NCBI GenBank assembly: GCA_951406725.2
Contig: OX597818.1
Span: 95,170,001 to 95,234,000 of the forward strand
Direction of reading: 5' to 3'
Source: Octopus vulgaris
Lineage: Eukaryota
DNA length: 64,000 nt
In this document: in pieces, positions 38,008 to 51,096 of the stretch
Layout of the letters: each line of letters starts with the position of its first letter
Position numbering within the stretch: position 1 is the first letter of the stretch
The notes under the pieces: model-generated
What the model was told of the DNA's origin: nothing
What the model saw: the letters and a program-made list of their open reading frames with translations, nothing else
Databases searched by the model: none
Program-made: the position numbers and the translations under genes

Positions 38008-38167
38008 AGGAGTGGTTGTGTGGTAAGTCGCTTGCTTACTAACCACATGGTTCAGGGTTCAGTCCCACTGCATTGCACCTCAGGCAAATGTCTTCTACTA
38101 TAGCCTCAGGCCGACCAAAGCCTTGTGAGTGGATTTGGTAGACAGAAACTGAAAGAAGCCCATCGTA

Positions 38168-38228
<61 letters not shown>

Positions 38229-38425
38229 GTGTTTGTGTGTCTGTGTTTGTTTGTCCCCCCAACATCGCTTGACAAGTGATGCTGGTGTGTTTACGTCTCC
38301 ATAACTTAGTGGTTCGGCAAAAGAGACTGATAGAATAAGTACTAGGCTTACAAAGAATAAGTCCTGGGGTCGATTTGCTCGACTAAAGGAGGTGCTCCAG
38401 CATGGCCGCAGTCAAATGACTGAAA
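38008..38425 (+). mobile_element. SINE family 1, second tail type
   Basis: Near-identical to 43746-44149. Confidence 0.9.
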
Positions 38426-38829
38426 ATTATTATCATTGTGCCGGGCAAAATGCTTAGCAGCATTTCATCTGTCTTTATATTCTGGGTTCCGATTCCACCG
38501 AGGTCAACTTTGCCTTTCATCCTTTCAAGGTCAATAAAATAAGTACTGGCTGAGAACTGGGATTCAGTGTAATCAACTTAACCCCTTCCCAGAATTGCTG
38601 ACCTTGTGTCAAAATTTGAAACCCTTGTTGTTGTTGTTATTGGGATGAGGAGGAGGAGGAGGAGGAGGAGGAGGAGGAATGTAGTGGATTGCTTCAAATG
38701 CTTTTGCCATTCATTCTCTTGAGATCAATATCTGTTAGTCAAGTACTGAGATCAATATAAATTTCTATACACCTTACACCCAATTTCTAACTCTGTACAA
38801 ATATTGGAAACTATTGCTATTACTATTAC

Positions 38830-38881
<52 letters not shown>

Positions 38882-38895
38882 GTTATTGTTACTAT

Positions 38896-39765
38896 TATTA
38901 CCCTTTGTGCATAAAAGAAAGCAGGGTATTGTAATCACTTGTCTTTGTCTGTTTGTCTGTATGTTTGCAAAATTATTGGACAGCAGATGAATGGATTTTC
39001 ACCAAATTTGGCAGAAATACTCATTAGGTGAGTGGCTTGAAATGAAAATTTGCTTTGATTATTATCAAACATACATAAATACATACTTAGATATGCGACT
39101 GTGTGCTCATGTTTGTGTGTCTGTGTGTGTGTGTTCAATGACGGATTTGAGGGTTTCATTTATTTATGAGTTGATTTCTTAATTTCACCAGAGCAAAAAT
39201 ACATATATAATGGTGACACTAATAAAAATGAAAAATTTTTTTAAATCGAACTTACAAATTTCCTGATAAGCAAGTGGTTATATTATTTATATCCTACAGT
39301 GAACTACAGTATATTTGATTCACCTGCCATCATTGAAAGATGTTGAAAAATTTTCTTTAAGCATTTTATTTTGTTCATTTTCTTTTTCATAATCATGTTT
39401 ATTCATAATCATGATCATTATTTGAATATCATTTATTTAGTAACATGTAAATTTTACTCATATGCAAATCGTATGTTGAACTTTCCAAAACAACCTTTGA
39501 TTTTCTTTGTCAACTCGTATTTTAGCATTTCACTGTAAAACTATTGGAATAGAAAGTTATTTTTTTTTAACATGCATGATTCTTCAGTGAAAAATTGAAG
39601 ATGAATCTTCATTTTATGTTATTTTTTCTTAATTTTTATTCCAAACACCCTAAAATCACATTCAAGTTTCTTTGACAACTTGTATTTTAACATTTTTGCG
39701 AAAATAAGTTGCAAAAATTTATCTGCATGCAGGGTATGCATCGCCCTTCCAATGCCTTTCTTTTC
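38896..39765 (+). mobile_element. Helentron-associated (HINE/DINE-1-like) element
   Basis: ATTACCC..GCAGGGTAT subterminal repeat, (GTCT/GTTT) tract, 3' GCAGGGTAT plus GCATcg..ATGC hairpin, T-rich flanks. Confidence 0.6.
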
Positions 39766-39773
39766 ATTATTAC

Positions 39774-39835
<62 letters not shown>

Positions 39836-40380
39836 GTTTGACTTTTGCTTTACATTTGTACAAGTTGGCTCCAAGTCTCACCCGGAGACCTCAAGAGACA
39901 ACAAGTTGGAAGTTCATGTTGGTGTTATGCCTAGGGAGCCATATATTTGGTTTTGTACATAGTGTTGTTCAAGAGAATGTTTAAGAAACCATAAGAAAAT
40001 TGTTTGTTTTAAAACTTGAGATTACATAGAAAGTATTTTGTGTAGGATATGAGCAGTTCTCATGAGCACTATCTTTTGAATTTCTGCCATTTTTGAGTTT
40101 CCTGGTATCTGAGCTAGGTAGCAATCAGCCCCTTTTGCTATCATTCCCAGGGCGCCTATGACAACAGGTATTGTTTTAGTCTTCAGGTTCCACATTTTGC
40201 TAATTTCTATTTCAAGATCTTTATATTTGCTCAGTTTTTGGTAGATCTTGACAGATGCTTTTATATCGATTGGGACAGTCGTATCAATGAGGAGGCATGT
40301 TTTTTGTCTGAAGTCTTTCAATATGATGTCTGACCTATTCACATCTATTTTTCTGTCAGTTTGAATGGTGAAGTTCCATT
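39766..40380 (-). mobile_element. 5'-truncated Dong/R4 LINE (RLE domain, 3' UTR, (TAA)n tail)
   Basis: RSDII...LLID..VP...KLSKYKDL...IPVVIGALG restriction-like endonuclease motifs. Confidence 0.9.
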
Positions 40381-41344
40381 AGTATTATTATTATAATTAA
40401 TATTAGGATGGTGCACAGGCAGAATAGAAAAATATGCTTCATAGTATTTCATTTGTTTCTTTACATTCTGACATTAAATCCCACCAAGGACAACTTTGCT
40501 TTTCATCCTTGCGATAAAATAATGTACTTGTCTAAATATTGGGATCAACAGTTTATTTCCTCCCCTATAAATTGCTGCCCTTGTTTTCTCAGAAATTATT
40601 ATTAGGATGGTGAAGTAGTTGAGGGATGGAATTTCTCAAACACATCAATTTGAACTTGGACAAATGTCTGTAAGCCAACGTCCAGATAGCACTTAGACAG
40701 ATCATCTGATAGGGCTAGTCTGATTGTGCAAGTTGTTTTCAATAGTAGTTGGCTACACAGACCACAAATTCATATGTACAATCAACTTAGATAAGATTAC
40801 TAAACAGGGTCCAGGAAATTTAATGCATCATTCCCAGAAGAGAAAGATTTCAGGGATCAGTTAAGTAAACCAATCAAGCTTTCAAGGATCGTATTAATGA
40901 ATCAGTTGTTTAGTCAGATATGTACAGACTTAGAAACCCCCACCAAATCTAGCCATAACATCTTCCAACCTATGCAACACATTACAGAGTAGGTTGGCAC
41001 TAGATCAGGTTTCAGTAGGGTTCTTTTCAATTTGGACTGGTAGTTTTTAAACTAGATGGTAGTGTCCTCTTGAGAGCATTGTCAAATCACAAGAGAACAC
41101 AATGAAGCATCTGGTGCTTAGAGATGTGGCTTTTCTGAGAAATAAAATATTTAAACTAGGTACAATATCTGTGTTTTAAACAGATTTTCAAAAGAATTTT
41201 TGTCAGGATTCAAATCTGAGTAGGACATTGTGTTATCAGAGAGTAAAGACAGCATAATGATTCACTAAAGTCTGATGTTCCAATAATTTGCTTCTTTTAC
41301 TCCTAAATTGGTAAATATAACTTTTACAAATGAACATTATACAT

Positions 41345-41790
41345 TGGTTTCAAATTTTTGCATAAGGCCAGAAAGCTCAGGGGAGTGAGGTGCTAGTCAA
41401 TTACATTGACCCCAGTGTTTAACTAGTACTTACTTTATCGACCCCAAAAGGATGAAAGGCAAAGCCGACCATGGCTAAATTTGAACTCAGAACATAAAGA
41501 AGTGTGAAATGCTTCTAAGCATTTAGCCCAGTGCAGTAACAATTCTGCTAGCTCACTGCCTTACAAATGAAGATTATATATTCTTTTCTGCTCTAGGCAC
41601 AAGGCTCGAAATTTTTGGGGGAGAGGCCAGTCAATTACATCAACCCCAACTGATACTTACTTTATCGACCCTGAAAGGATGAAAGGCAATGTTGCCCTCA
41701 GCAGAATTTGAACTCAGAACATAAAGGAGGGTGAAATGCTTTTAAGCATTTAGCCAAAGTGCAGTAATGATTCTACCAGCTCACTGCCTT
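41345..41790 (-). mobile_element. Tandem pair of family 2 SINEs
   Basis: Two copies separated and flanked by three TTACAAA.GAA.ATTATA repeats (~41323, 41561, 41789). Confidence 0.85.
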
Positions 41791-42154
41791 ACAAAGGAAG
41801 ATTATATATTAAAGCAAAGGAAATTATTCTTTGTTTTATGGCTTCAACCTATATTTTCAGATCTTTTATAAATACTATTTTTACATATGATATCCTTGTA
41901 TTTACTACCAATATTTACCACCACCACCATCCACATCATTATTTAACATCTGTTTTCCATGCTGACATGGGTTGGATGGCTTAGCAAGAGCTGGCAAACC
42001 AGAGGACTGTACCAAGCTCTACTATCTGCTTTGGCATGGTTTCTACTGTTCAATGCCTTTCCTAATGCCAACCACTTTACAGAGTGTACTGGAGGCTTTT
42101 TTTCATGGCTCCAGCAACAATGAGGTCATCAAGTAATTAACAAAACAAAATTCC

Positions 42155-42775
42155 TTAACTGAGAAACAATATTTATCCCCTGCATCGGTGATTGTTACCT
42201 GCATCGCCTTACTGGCACTTGTGCTGGTGGCACATGAAAAACATTCAAGCAAGATCGTTGCCAGTGCCGCTGGACTGGCTCCTGTACAGGTGGCACATAA
42301 AAAGCACCATTTGAGTGTGGCCGTTGCCAGTACCGTCTGACTGGCCCTCGTGCCGGTGGTACGTAAAAAGCACCCACTACACTCTTGGAGTGGTTGGCAT
42401 TAGGAAGGGCATCCAGCTGAAGAAACTCTGCCAAATCAGATTGGAGCCTGGTGCAACCATCTGGTTTGCTAGTCCTCAGTCAAATCGTCCAACCCATGCT
42501 AGCATGAAAAGCGGATGTTAAACAATGATGATGATGATGACTCAAACATGGATTTTCTATTAGAACAAACCATACTGCAGCAGTTACAAGAGAAACTCTC
42601 ATAATGGCTGTTTTGTGCAAAATGCACTCTTGTTTATATCACTTGTAATATAAACAAGAGTGCATTTTGCAACCAAAGCCTATATGAAAGTACCTCTCAT
42701 GGTAACTACAGCAGTATAGTCTGTTCTAATAGAACATCTGTGTTTTAGTGGGGATAAATATTACCTTTCAGTTAT
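42155..42775. repeat. Long imperfect palindrome with an RTE tail (42181-42540) inserted in its left arm
   Basis: Centre hairpin TGCAAAATGCACTCTTGTTTATAT / ATATAAACAAGAGTGCATTTTGCA; AATATTTATCCCC at ~42168 pairs with GGGGATAAATATT at ~42750. Confidence 0.8.
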
Positions 42776-43745
42776 TCATACTGCCTCTGTTGCTAATATA
42801 TATTCCCTCAACTAAGAGTTCGGAGTAGAATGAATTGAGGGGGATAGAATTGTACTAGATGGTAAAAGGTTAAAGTATGACAGAGAGATAGAAACTACTG
42901 CAGAGGAGAAATATGGCTGATTATTTTCAGAACAATAATTTTTATCATTTTCTGAAATGTGTAAATGAATAATCAAAAAACACTTAATGATATTCGATTG
43001 ATTTTTTTATTTTTTTGTGAAATATGGTGCCATTTCCATGCACTTGTAGTGAATTGGGGTTATCCATTTTTGATGGTAACACTATATGACACACTATAAT
43101 TTAGTCGATATGGGAAAGAAGGAAGTCACAGTATCTGCTGATAACAACAAGAGGATAGAATTCACGAGAAGCTTGTAATAAGTCATAACTTTTATTGCTG
43201 GAGGTAATGCTTTCATATACAAGGTTAATAGAAACAAGCTTATAACATTACATGAATATGTTCTGTTTGCAGTCACATGTCTCCAAGTAAGGAAGGTGAA
43301 CAAGTGCGTGAGTGGGCGTGAAGTGCAGTGGCTCAATCCATTACATGTTGAAGAACCAACAGGTACTGAATGGTGCAAATTTAGAATTTCTTTCCTTTAT
43401 ATAGGGATGGACCAGATGTCCCTGTCTTCCATGTAAAACTGGAAACTTCCAGGAAGATCTCAAACATTCTAAAAGCTTGAGGGAGATTATTCTCGTTATA
43501 TCCCTTTTCCGTTTTACTTGTCATCATAACTGCCAGGGGTCACTACACATTATTAAAATAATTAACAATTACCTAAATATTGGAGAGATCCAGCCTCTGT
43601 CTTTAACTCTCTCTACTGAGTGTTTTCTCTATTGAGAATGTCAGGATTTCACCTGTTGACTCTAATTTATCTGCTAAACCACTTTCACGGTGGTGCCCTT
43701 GCATGGCTGCAGTCCAATGAGTGAAGCAAATAAAAGATAAAGATA

Positions 43746-44149
43746 GGTGCAGGAGTGGCTGTGTGGTAAGTAGCTTGCTAACCAACCACATGGTTCCGGG
43801 TTCAGTCCCACTGCGTGGCATCTTGGGCAAGTGTCTTCTGCTATAACCCCGGGCCGACCAATGCCTTGTGAGTGGATTTGGTAGACGGAAACTGAACGAA
43901 GCCTGTTGTATATGTGTGTGTGTGTGTGTGTTTGTGTGTTTGTGTTTTTCCCCCTAGCATTGCTTGACAACCGATGCTGGTGTGTTTACGTCCCCGTCAC
44001 TTAGCGGTTTGGCAAAAGAGACCGATAGAATAAGTACTGGGCTTACAAAGAATAAGTCCCGGGGTTGATTTGCTCGACTAAAGGTGGTGCTCCAGCATGG
44101 CCGCAGTCAACTGACTGAAACAAGTAAAAGAGTAAAAGAGTATAAAAGA
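43746..44149 (+). mobile_element. SINE family 1, second tail type (well preserved)
   Basis: Complete head, core, (GT)n middle and (GTAAAAGA)n tail. Confidence 0.9.
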
Positions 44150-44832
44150 ATTAAAACACTAATTGAAAAAACACGAACCAATAGTCAACAAAGGGGTTAG
44201 TGCATATCTGGGTCATGGGTTCAATTCCTGAACAGGGTAGTATATTGCGTCCTTGAGCAAGACACATAATCTCACATTGCTCTAGTGAAGTCAGCTGAAA
44301 ATGAGTATCAGCCAAGTGTAAAAGAATACACATACACATATGTAAAAATATGTATATTTGTGTGTGTGTGTGTGTTTGCATGAGTGTGTGTGCGCGCATG
44401 TGTGTGTGTGTGTATGTGTATACATGCATCTGCAACAAATGCCAACTCTTTTGTACTTTGTCGCAAGAAACAATGATGAAAGTATGCATAGCTTTCATCC
44501 TCTCTCTTTATTTTACTCACTCACTGTTCCTCTCCAACAACAGATGCTACAATATTTTCTACCTGCCCCCTCCTCTCTCTCTCTTCCATCTACCTTTCAT
44601 ACTCTTTTCTTTCATTGCCAAACACTCTATTTTTTCATTGCCAAAATCTCTATTTTTTCTCTTCTCCCTCACCTAGAATGTCTTTTATGTCTGCTGTCTT
44701 CTCTCTTCTTTGTTTGTATGACACCTCTCCCTAACAGAAGCCCACACTGTCTACTAACTCACTCTTCAAACTCACCATTTTGACACTTCCTCTCTCTATC
44801 TTTCTATTTGAAAACATATACAGCATTTGCCT

Positions 44833-44871
<39 letters not shown>

Positions 44872-47067
44872 TTGTTTGTGTATATGTGTCCCTCTATTGC
44901 TTCTCACAGGCATGACAGAATATGTGAAGATGAAACTAGTTTACAACACTCACCTCTTCCTTTTACTCGCTTTCCATTTCTCTCCCCACTCTCTATTTTA
45001 CTCACTATGTCACCTCCAACTTCAACTGACATTCCTAAACTGTGACAGAAACCAATAAAAAAAAAACCACAAAGCACATAATTTGGTCTTTTATATGGAG
45101 CGTATAGGATGGTAGATGGCAAGAATGCTGAACTAAATGCCTAGCAATTTTTAGTTACATCCTTTTATGTTTTGTATTCAATTATTGCTATTATTTAACT
45201 TTAACTTACATCTATTTGAAATTGAGAAAATAAATTTCGGTAAAATACTGGTTTGATATAATTATCTTACTCAAAATTTCAAGCTTTAAACATAATTATC
45301 ATCATCATCTTTCAATACCCATCTTCTATGCTAGCATGAGTTGGATGGTTTGACAGCATCCAATAGGTCTGAGATCCTAGGTTGACTTTGCCTTTAATTC
45401 TTTCAGGGTCAATAAAATAAGTACCAGCTGAAACTATTATTATAGAAACTATTATTATTGTAATGATATAGCTTTGCCTCTCTTTCTTCTGGGGTTGGTA
45501 AAATATGTACCAGTTGTATATTAAGTTCCTTTAAATTGACTATACACCTTCAGAGCCATTTGGTTTGGCTGTAATAAGACTGAATGGCAATTTAATAGCC
45601 TCACAGTATATTCATACTTTTACTTTTATTTATCAAATATATTTTTTACAGTTCCGAGCGTCATAAAACATGTTTAGCTAAATACTTTTTGTCTCATCGT
45701 TTCAGTATAACTATCACATGAGTAAGGTGAAAGAGGAAATTGAAGCATGATATTTGTGCATTCCCACAAGCATTTATGATATTTTAAAAAAAGTCCAGTG
45801 AATGGTCTGTACTTGAAAGTTATAGATGGCCAAGATAAGCTGGTACTGAACAGTGATACAAGGATTCTGTGATTGTTCCACTGTCACTGATTTTGCTATG
45901 GCCATGGCTGGTTTTAAGTCAATTAGGCAGATTTGTTTAAATTGGGCCCTATGTCAAGAGAGGGCTCCACACACATGCTCAAGCGGAAGACCCTTTGGTG
46001 AATTTTTAATATACCATTGTGGCTAATGGTGAAGCCTCAAGTCCTCAACACTTTTTGCAGGAACTGGTGTACTACACGAAGCATAAAACATCTATCTTCA
46101 GCTTTTGTAGAGTAGAGAGCCCTACTGACAATTCTCTAATTGAGCCCTGCACTCCCTAGCACCAGCCCTGTCCATGACCAAGATACTTAATTCCCCATAG
46201 CCCAGTCCACCTAGCTGTAAAGAGTTTCCACAATGTTCTGTACTTCACTGTACTCTATTCATGGCCAAGATACTTTCAATACTCTAGTCTACCTCAGCAC
46301 TTCAGATAATCAGTAATACAGTGTGTATTACATTTCATGCTTCCTGAAATTCAGCAACACTACTCCTCTTTATAGCTCCTCAATGTTCACTTTTCTGTCT
46401 TCTTGTGTTTTATCCTTGTACTGTGTATGCACTTTTATATTCAATTGCTATCTTCCTTTACTTGACTTATTGCCACTTTCTATCCCTTCTTATATCGTTT
46501 ATCTTTTACCAATGAATTGTAGTGCACTGTATACAATAAGCTTACTATCATCATCACCACCACCACCACCTTCATCATCATAATTATTAAGGCAGCAAGC
46601 TGGCAGAATAGTTAGCACACTAGACAAAATTGATGAGCAGCATTTTATCTGTCTGCACGTTCTGAATCCTAATTCCACCTTTGCCTTTCATGGTCTATAA
46701 AATAAGTACCAGCTGATCACTGGGGTTGATACAATCGATTACCCCCTCCCCTAAAACCACTGGCCTTGTTCTTAAATTTGAAATCCTTTGCACTCATGAT
46801 TGCAAGATTGTGGTCTTAATTCCTAGACCAAGTGGTGCATCATATTCTTGAGAAAAACACTTCATCTCATGTTGCTCTGCAATTACTTCGACACCTGATG
46901 TGTGGCACCCTGTACATCTGTTCAGGCAATGTTGATTTGATGGAGGGAGTGACCTGATGAACAGCACATACATTTGATTACCATAAATAATTCATTTGTG
47001 CAGATCATTCAGCAAAAAGTTTGTATGTCTTTGATGGGAAAGTCCATCACATTATAATTATTATTGT

Positions 47068-47510
47068 TATTACCTCCACCTTAGCAAAGGCAGAGGTATT
47101 GTTTTCAGTCATGCTTGTTCGTTTATTTGTTTGTCCATGGACAAGATATCTCAAGAACTGCTGGGTGGATTATATATAAATAATAATAATAATAATAATA
47201 ATGAAATTATTGTATACAGTGCTCAGGTGCACCACAACAGGATGAAACTTTCAGGGATGTTTGGCCTCATGAATGGCATGGACTGATTAGATTTTGGGAT
47301 TGATCTGGCACTGGACAACGATTTTGGATTATTTTTCCTATTTTTTTACTTAATTTTTGAGAGTGGTTGGGTTCATTTTTAGTATTCTCATTTGTGAGAG
47401 CAATTCAGTTTATTTCAGATATTCCCATTTTAAAAACCATCTCTGGCTAATCGTTGAAAGGATGTTGGTGTTGCCTTGGCGGAGGTTAACCTTCTCTGAG
47501 TGCTCTTGTT
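47068..47510 (+). mobile_element. Helentron-associated (HINE-like) element
   Basis: TTACCTCCACCTT..AAGGCAGAGGT 5' hairpin; 3' GGCGGAGGT..CTCTGAGTGCT; short LINE-tail insertion at ~47172-47239. Confidence 0.65.
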
Positions 47511-47538
47511 GTTGTTGTTGTTGTTGTTGTTGTCGTCG

Positions 47539-47602
<64 letters not shown>

Positions 47603-47630
47603 TATTAAGTAAGGCAGTGAGCTGGCAGAA

Positions 47631-48703
47631 GTCCTCTTCCCATATTTTCCTTGGTACATACAGTCTGTCTGTGTCACTTTTTGGGTGGAGTATCCCATAT
47701 CTAGATATCAACTTCCTTGCCTTTCTGTCTAAGATGTTTAGGTAATCTACTGTCTATGCGATTACCCCTACTCCAAATCTAAGGAGTGAAACCACCCAGG
47801 TGTTGATAGCTTCAATCTTATTCCATTCATTTAATTTTGACTTAGGGATCAGTCTCAGTCTGTGCAAGAACTTCACCTTAAATTTTTCTGTCATTTCTTT
47901 CTCCATCAATTTATCCATTTCCAAAATCCCCAAGTACTTATAACCCATCTCTTTTATCTGCTTCATAACCTCCCCCGATGGTGTCGTCAGCCCGTCCATA
48001 CATTTGATTTTGCCTCTCTTCAAGACTAACACATCACACTTTCTCAGTCCGAACTCCATTCTGATATCAGCACTGAAAGTATACACCGTATCAACGAGGG
48101 AACTGACTTGGACTTCATCTTTATCATAAAGTTTGAGGTCATCCATGAATAACAAATGGTTGATTTTTTCTTTACAGCTTTTGAATACATACTCAGTTTT
48201 TGCTTTTCTCAGAATCAGTGTTAGTGGTATCAAACACAGTACAAAGATCAGTGGGGACAGGCAATCTCCTTGGAAGATGCCCCTCCTAAGTTCTACTGTC
48301 CCTAAACTTCTTCCATATGCTGTGAGGTCCGTCCTCCAATTCACCATGCTTTTCCCAAGCAATCGCTCAACATTCGATGCAATACCAAATAGGTTCATGC
48401 ATTCCATAATCCAAGAATGTGGGATCATATCATACGCTTTACGATAGTCGATCCATGACATGGCTAAGTTACTTTTCCTCCGCTTGCAGTTTTGTCTATC
48501 AGGAGTTGATCCTTGGTACCTCTGCACTTACACTTGCAACCCTTCTGCTCATGTGGCAGGACTCCCAATTTTTTTTCCAGATGTTCATATACTGATTCTG
48601 TGAGTATTCCAGTTAATAATTTCCACATAAGTGGCAGACAGGATATTGGCTTGTAATTGTCTACCGTATTGCTTTTTTCAATGTTTTTCAAGCACAGCAC
48701 TGC
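47631..48703 (-). mobile_element. Dong/R4-clade LINE reverse transcriptase fragment
   Basis: [44 protein letters not shown]; frameshifted. Confidence 0.95.
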
Positions 48704-48705
48704 AC

Positions 48706-48792
<87 letters not shown>

Positions 48793-48794
48793 GT

Positions 48795-49010
48795 AAGGCA
48801 GTGAGCTGGCAGAATCATTAGCATGCTGGGCAAAATGCTCAGCAGTATTTTGTCTGCTGCTATATTCTGAGTTCAAATTCTGCCAAGGTCGACTTTGCCT
48901 TTCATCCTTTCGGCGTCGATAAAATAAGTACCATTTGAGCACTAGGGTTGATGTAAACAACTTAACCTCTCTCTCTAAAATTGCTGGCCTTGTTCCAAGA
49001 TTTGAAACTA
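48795..49010 (+). mobile_element. SINE family 2
   Basis: Complete head and core. Confidence 0.9.
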
Positions 49011-49396
49011 TTCTTCTTATTATTATTATTACATAGTAGTACAGTTCACTGAACTGTATTAGCAGACCTGTTCACTTAACTGCAAGTATGTATCACTATA
49101 CAGTATCGTTCACTACAATGTGTCCACAGCCAAGATACCTAACTGTTAACAGTTCAGTCAATTTAACTGTTAGTAGATATTACTAAATGGTATAATTCAC
49201 TGTACTGTGTCCATAATCAAGCAAACTGTTACCAGCCAAGTTCACCTTGTAAGCAGGTACCACTGTATGATGTAGTTCCCTGTACAGTGTTCATAGCAGA
49301 GATATCTAACAGTCTGCAGCCTGGTTTACTTAGTTATAAGTAGCTACCAAAGTGTAGCTAGTCCACAAGCACAAACTAAAGGTAGGCTTTCTAGAC

Positions 49397-49635
49397 ATGA
49401 AATATTTAGGGAGAGAAACTGTAAGGGTGTTAGTGATCTAAGAGAAGACCCAGAGCCATAGTAAATAAGGTGGAATGGTTAAGGGCCAGTTAAATAATAA
49501 TTAAAATGACACAATAATTAAAATGAAATATTTAGGGAGAGAACATGTAAGGGTGTTAGTGATCTAAGAGAAGACCCAGAACCATAGTAAATAAGGTGGA
49601 ATGGTTAAGGGCCAGTTAAAATAATAATTAAAATG
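49397..49635. repeat. Direct tandem duplication (~112 bp) with a 14-nt spacer
   Basis: 49397-49508 and 49523-49635. Confidence 0.9.
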
Positions 49636-50077
49636 TTCTGCTGGAATTTAATCACTAGTTTAACTTAGAAGCAAAGAAACATTTTTTAAAGAATTTTTTT
49701 TCTTTTTGCTTTTACAGTTTTAATTATTTCTAAAACAAACATTAAAATTTTTTTTTCTTGGTGAAAATAAAATAAAATCATGAAATTCTTTGTATTTATG
49801 TGCATGCATTTGTGTGTTTGTAGAATATCATACAGGTATTGAGGGGAAATAATGTGAAAATCTTTTATTGCTTTTGCAACTGCTATTATTGTTGTAGCTA
49901 TGCTTATTGTTTTATAGCTACTGGTCCTCATTGAAGAACAGAACTGTTATTAAAGATGTTCCAACCGTGACCATCTCATCTTTTCTATCAGTGTATCTCA
50001 GACTACATTATCAGACAATATGAATTTCCTTCATTTTTTTTTTTAAGGTTGTAAGGTGAGATCTGATTACTATTTCT

Positions 50078-50282
50078 TATTTCTGTACAGCCCATAAGGG
50101 GCTACACACAGAGGGGACAAACAAGGACAGACAAACGGATTAAGTCGATTATATGGACCCCAGTGCATAACTGGGACTTATTTAATCGACCCCAAAAGGA
50201 TGAAAGGATGAAAGGCAAAGTTGACCTCGGCGGAATTTGAACTCAGAACATAGCTGCGGACGAAATACCAGCAAGCATTTCG
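50078..50282 (-). mobile_element. 5'-truncated SINE family 2 with 15-bp TSD
   Basis: CTGATTACTATTTCT at 50063-50077 and 50283-50297. Confidence 0.9.
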
Positions 50283-51096
50283 CTGATTACTATTTCTAAC
50301 AGGGTAAGTGACTGTATAGAGGCTCTGACAATGGCCTATTGCTGGTTTGGGGATTATTTGCTCTAATGTATGTGAATTTGTATCATGGTTTCAATTCACT
50401 ATATGTGTACAGATAATTCATTCTGAGAGAACAATGCAAGAGAACTTCTCATATTTCCCTTCTTGAAAAGATGAAGGCTTTTGTTCCAAGTGTAAAAAAA
50501 ATTCCGCTCTGCTGTTTATATAACTTAAACATAGTCCTTGATAAATTTTTTCCAAGCAATTATACATACATATGTATATTATATAAGAGTTGCCTGAGTG
50601 TGTCTTCACGTTTATTTAGAAACTACAAAATGAACATCCACAAAACTATATCTTTTATTTTGTACCTGTTTGAGTCGAACAGCAGCCAAGCAGGGGCACT
50701 GCCCTGAAGAGTTTAATCAAACAAATCAACACCAGTACCTATTTTCAAACCTTTACTTATTCTTTCGATGTCTTTTTGCTGAACCACTAAGTTATGGGAA
50801 CAAACCAACACCATTGCCATGTGGTGGTTGGGTCAAACACAGATACACGCACACACATGCACACACACACGCGTGAGTTTTCTTTAAGTTTTCTTCTACC
50901 AAATCCACTCTTAAGGTTTTGGTCAGCCTAGGAATATAGTAGAAGACTTTTGCTCAAAGTGCCACGGAGTAGGCCTGACCCCAAAACCATGCAGTTGGGA
51001 AGCACGCTTCTTACCACTACCACACAGCCATTTTTTCCTTAAAAGAATGTAAATCCCCACCTCTCTCTATATATACATATATATATATATATATAA

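Noticed and set aside
40640-41240. Possible GIY-YIG remnant (TNQAFKDRINE); similar weak PLE-like signal at 50418-50609
   Set aside because: Too degraded to call by eye; BLASTx is needed.
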